Assembly: GCA_963823555.1 (NCBI GenBank)
Contig: CAWGMA010000003.1
Location: forward strand, 1 to 64,000
Reading direction: 5' to 3'
Length of the DNA: 64,000 nt
Origin: Candidatus Eiseniibacteriota bacterium
GTDB taxonomy: Bacteria; Eisenbacteria; RBG-16-71-46; CAVPCR01
Part shown: positions 61,401 to 64,000 of the stretch, piece by piece
Layout: each line of letters starts with the position of its first letter
How positions within the stretch are numbered: the first letter of the stretch is position 1
The notes under the pieces: generated by a model
What the model was told of the DNA's origin: nothing
Seen by the model: only the letters and a program-made list of their open reading frames with translations
The model's database searches: none
Translations under genes and position numbers: made by a program

Positions 61401-61930
61401 AGCCGTTCGAGGGACCGCTCCACACCACCTTCAGGCTCGATGCCGCGGGTGAGCAGCTCGGCTTCTTCGATTCGGTCGTGCTCGGCGTGGGGATCATCGA
61501 CAGTCTCACCTTCGGACCGCAGGCGACCGACGTCTCCTACGGCCGGCTCCCCGATGGCGGCACCTGGCGGATCCTCCCGACCCCGACTCCCGGCGCCACC
61601 AACGGCACCGACATCGGGATCGGTGATGACGGCGCTCCCGGGACGCTCCCGCGCGCGCTTGCGATCCGCGGCCCCTATCCCAACCCCTTCAACCCGCGCG
61701 CGGTCTTCGTCCTCGAGGTACCGGAGCAGGGCCAGGTGCGCGCCGTGATCCACGATGTCCAGGGCCGGCGCCTCCGCGTGCTCCTCGACGCGCCGCTCGC
61801 GCCCGGACGGCACCGCCTCGAGTGGGACGGCCGCGATGGGCAGGGCCGCTCGGTGGCGAGCGGCGTCTACTGGCTCCGCCTCGAGGCCGGCGGCAAGACC
61901 CGCGACGCGCGCGCCGTGCTCCTGCGGTGA
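58433..61930 (+). CDS. Secreted malectin-like + FN3 + CotH kinase + two lamin-tail domains + FlgD-Ig protein
   Basis: INCGS..Y; YRGNVS..KKSWKVK, LRERLSY, KNWFF..WTMIPFDTDLTFG; two NE.MASN...DE.GD.DDW.EI; PNPFNP. Confidence 0.87.
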   Translation: MRSSRTVRALVPGIPAAALLTLITALSALPAAAYEMHINCGSVNYTAQNGTLFVADRVYVAGDAGYIAGWDNYTWNAVGGTPDPLLYAYTRNSFIPNPLEYRFDVPNGDYLVRLRMIDNFKHSTGENQFDVRIEGQEVAANIDLYALVERTYAIDFTFAATVTDGVLNVVLQPDFGFASLAGISVVSRAPDSTPPALPTGLTAADNYEAVALDWDPNPEDDIAAYQVERATSAGGPFTPVATVDRVSRRMDRLPPGGPFHYRVRAVDAYGNASDPTDPVSASSLAQTATTLPAVHVIIAPDSLERLDDNPTLDTYYQCDVAFDQDLYTDATCRYRGNVSRSLLKKSWKVKLGTGLFEGRENFNLNSEYIDKSLLRERLSYDLFARNGCPAPRSRFVHMIVNGKWMGVRNDVENVDVESLTRLGLATVNATMYKPVSSPPPGVHSNLIPLATPGDYMLAYEKELGDPGDYSDLISFIEGLNFASADSAFHFIARKMDLNRFLDFYSTQVVLQNTDITFKNWFFHHDLTTDRWTMIPFDTDLTFGVVWPFSDVFAYNESVFLGAGNRLFGKVQSDPMLRQLHLDRVRQILATTFSGPATDGLIDSVHAEVEVDARRDWWKWGWEKNDWFEASPAELRTFVSGRTTSLLNEIAVVEAPSDLVINELMASNATTVTDEWGDHDDWIEILNRGGAPVSTLGLYLTDDLGLPGRFALPDTTLQPGDHLIIWADSEPAEGPWHAPFKLEKKGEAVGLFSGPLATSAPIDVRVFDRQLTDVSYGRLPDGSPYWQLLPTPTPGAANVGGGNIKPQIDDVVHFPPAPGANAPVRVTATFWDEGGLALTQLKYDAGAGYVTETMYDDGLHGDGDAGDGTFGAEIPGQPPLTTVHYYLRAVDDLGAVTNDPPDAPLLTYSYLTGYEAPPAYLNEFMASNAATIQDEFGDYDDWVEIWNAGQDTLRLGGKHLTDNLTNPTKWVFPPDVNLPPGEYLIVWCDGEPFEGPLHTTFRLDAAGEQLGFFDSVVLGVGIIDSLTFGPQATDVSYGRLPDGGTWRILPTPTPGATNGTDIGIGDDGAPGTLPRALAIRGPYPNPFNPRAVFVLEVPEQGQVRAVIHDVQGRRLRVLLDAPLAPGRHRLEWDGRDGQGRSVASGVYWLRLEAGGKTRDARAVLLR

Positions 61931-62104
61931 GGCCGCGGCTAGAGCAGGGTCGGCGGGGGCCGCTCGCGAGGGGGGCGCTCCGGCTCGGACAGTCCTCGCG
62001 CGCCTGCGGATCGCGTGCCACCGGGACGAAGCTCATTGCCGCTGGCGCGCTGCGGAACTCGCCGTCGGCCCCCCTCGCATCGCGCCCTACCTGACGAGAC
62101 TACC

Positions 62105-62734
62105 GGCCCCAGTCGAACTCCGCGCGCTCGGGGATAATGGTCACGGCCTGGCCGCCATCGGTGATGAAGCCGTGGACTCGCGCGCCATCCCGGAAATGCA
62201 CGCGCTGGCTGTCGATGGAGCTGGAAGGTCTGGATCACGCCGGGCCGAGTTCCCGTCCCAGGGTGAGCTCACGGCATGCGAGGCCCGACCGGTGAAGCGG
62301 AAGGTCACCCACTCGCTCGCGAGCGCGCCATGCGCGAGCAGATCGCGATCGAGGGGATGGAACATGATGGCGGCATCGAGCCCCGCGAAGGCGTCGGCCT
62401 CGAGGAGCTTGATCTTGCCGCCGCCGCCCTCCTCGGCCGGCGTGCCGAGAAGGATGACCTCGCCAGGAAGCTCGTTCGCGACTGACGCGAGCCCGATGAA
62501 AGGCCCCGAGCGCACCGCCGGCAATGAGGTTGTGACCGCAGGCGTGCCCGATCTCGGGGAGCGCATCGTACTCGGCGAGGACCGCGATGCGCGGCCCGCC
62601 GCCTCGCTCAACCAGGCCGAGGCTTTCGTCTCGGCGAAGCGGAGCTCAGGGTTCGCGTGGATCCGGCGCGCCAGACCGGCCAGCGCCAGCGCCTCCTTCT
62701 CGATGGCGCCGAGGATACGATCGCGCGTGGTCAT
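62105..62734 (-). pseudogene. Degraded M20-family amidohydrolase
   Basis: IHANPEL.F.E, AEYDALP.IGHACGHN, GTPAEEGGGGK, SHA..SPW.G; internal deletion near 62600, frameshifts, C-terminal third absent. Confidence 0.75.
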
Positions 62735-62777
62735 GCTGCCTCCATCTTCCAGCTCGCTTCGCGCTCCGGGATTCCTC

Positions 62778-63941
62778 TCAAGTTGCGAACTCGCCGCCCC
62801 ACAGATCTTCCAGGAACTGACGAACGGGGAGAATGGTCACGCCCTCGAGCCGACGCCGCCTGGGCTCGAGGCTCACGCAGAGGAATCGCCGGAGCTTCTT
62901 CTCCTCAGCCAGAGCCCTGAGTGGCCTCAATTCCTGAGATGAGACGTTCTCCTTCGCCTTGACCTCGATGGCGGTGTGGTCGCCGAGGATGAAATCGACC
63001 TCGAACCCGGACGCCGATCGCCAGTGGCTCACGGTCTCACCTGAAACGTAGTCACGATAACAGGCAAGCTCGTGGAACAACCACGTCTCGAACGCCGGTC
63101 CGAATTCAGGCGTCCCCGGTTTCACCAGGCGCCCCTGGAGCGCCGAGACCACCCCCACGTCAAAGAAGTAGTACTTGGAGGACACGAGCGGCTTTCTCTT
63201 CTTCGACTGCCGCCACGCGGGCACTTCATGCAGGAGCAGCGTGTCCTTGAGGATCTCGAAGTACTCGTAGACGGTCGTTCGAGGCACCTGGGCATCGCTC
63301 GCCACATTGGTGTAATTCACGATCGTGGCGTTGCACAGGGCGGCCATCTGCAGGAACCGGCTGAATGCCGGCACATTGCGTGTGGCACCCTCGGCGACGA
63401 TCTCCTGCTGGAGATAGGTCCCGCAATAGGCTTTGAGATCGGCGGCGGGGTCTGCGGAGAAGTAGATCGATGGCAAGAGGCCGCGCTCGATCGCCCGTCG
63501 CAGGTCGAAGTGCTCCCCGAGCTCCCGGAAGCAGAGCGGGTGAAGGTAGCGGGTGCGGGCCCGGCCGCCGAGGAGGTTCACCCCGCCCCGCCGGAGCTTG
63601 CGGGCGCTCGATCCGGTCAGGAGGAAGCGGACACCGCGATCCTCGATCAGCCGATGGACCTCGTTGAGAAGCTCCGGCAGCCGCTGGATCTCGTCGATGA
63701 CTATGAGCCGATCGCCCGCCGACAGCTCCTCGGCCAGACGCGAGGGACGCTGGCTCAGGGCGAGGTAGACCGACGTATCCAGCAGGTCATAAACCCGCGC
63801 CCTTGGCAGCGAACGCCGCAGGAGGAACGTCTTCCCCGTCTGCCGCGGGCCGAAGAGAAAGTGAGACTTCTTCGCCAGCCAGCCGTCGAGGTCGGCGATG
63901 CGCGCGATGGCAGGGGGTGGGGTGGGCAGCCGTGTCGCCAT
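62778..63941 (-). CDS. AAA_14 ATPase with DUF4143 and a C-terminal PD-(D/E)xK-like tail
   Basis: FGPRQTGKT, IDEIQR, LTGSSARKL, KYYFFDVGV, EVDFIL...AIEVK. Confidence 0.9.
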   Translation of the reverse strand: MATRLPTPPPAIARIADLDGWLAKKSHFLFGPRQTGKTFLLRRSLPRARVYDLLDTSVYLALSQRPSRLAEELSAGDRLIVIDEIQRLPELLNEVHRLIEDRGVRFLLTGSSARKLRRGGVNLLGGRARTRYLHPLCFRELGEHFDLRRAIERGLLPSIYFSADPAADLKAYCGTYLQQEIVAEGATRNVPAFSRFLQMAALCNATIVNYTNVASDAQVPRTTVYEYFEILKDTLLLHEVPAWRQSKKRKPLVSSKYYFFDVGVVSALQGRLVKPGTPEFGPAFETWLFHELACYRDYVSGETVSHWRSASGFEVDFILGDHTAIEVKAKENVSSQELRPLRALAEEKKLRRFLCVSLEPRRRRLEGVTILPVRQFLEDLWGGEFAT

Positions 63942-63943
63942 AG

Positions 63944-63981
63944 TCGTCATTTATCATGACAAATGACGAGACCGTCGTCAA
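63944..63981 (-). promoter_or_regulatory. Promoter overlapped by a 26 bp palindromic operator
   Basis: TCGTCATTT-A-TCATGA-C-AAATGACGA (63944-63969); minus strand TTGACG-17-CATGAT. Confidence 0.65.
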
Positions 63982-64000
63982 GAGCCGACGGCACCTGGCA

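Overview
High-GC bacterial window, probably from an incompletely polished long-read or MAG assembly. Indels are dense at about 1-7100 and 25800-28550, and there is a probable chimeric or contig junction near 7106-7112. The main feature is an integron on the minus strand (8567-16109): an IntI integrase, an attI site and six attC-bounded cassettes. The cassettes encode a Cys-motif hypothetical protein, an addiction-module/ParE TA pair, an Mrr endonuclease, an ART-like protein, a DUF4160/DUF2442 TA pair and a TM/beta-barrel/SnoaL protein, and a type I R-M hsdM follows the last attC. Unusually, intI points the same way as the cassettes. Directly upstream on the same strand is a UpxY/RfaH-type NusG paralogue with its own promoter, palindromic operator and structured leader, and a terminator-like element lies between it and intI. 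I infer a candidate antitermination-controlled integron. An IS1380 element sits exactly in the R'' box of one attC and regenerates it. The rest of the window holds aroC, rsmE, a sigma54-controlled OsmC/flavoprotein operon with readable cis-elements, an actinobacterial-type Kgd (E2-E1 fusion), queD, a Mut7-C RNase-CheR fusion, several c-type cytochromes, an ECF sigma/anti-sigma/TonB receptor locus, and five secreted proteins ending in an FlgD-Ig/T9SS-like domain. That last trait suggests a candidate phylum such as Eisenbacteria or Krumholzibacteriota (inference). All family assignments come from motif recognition, not database searches.
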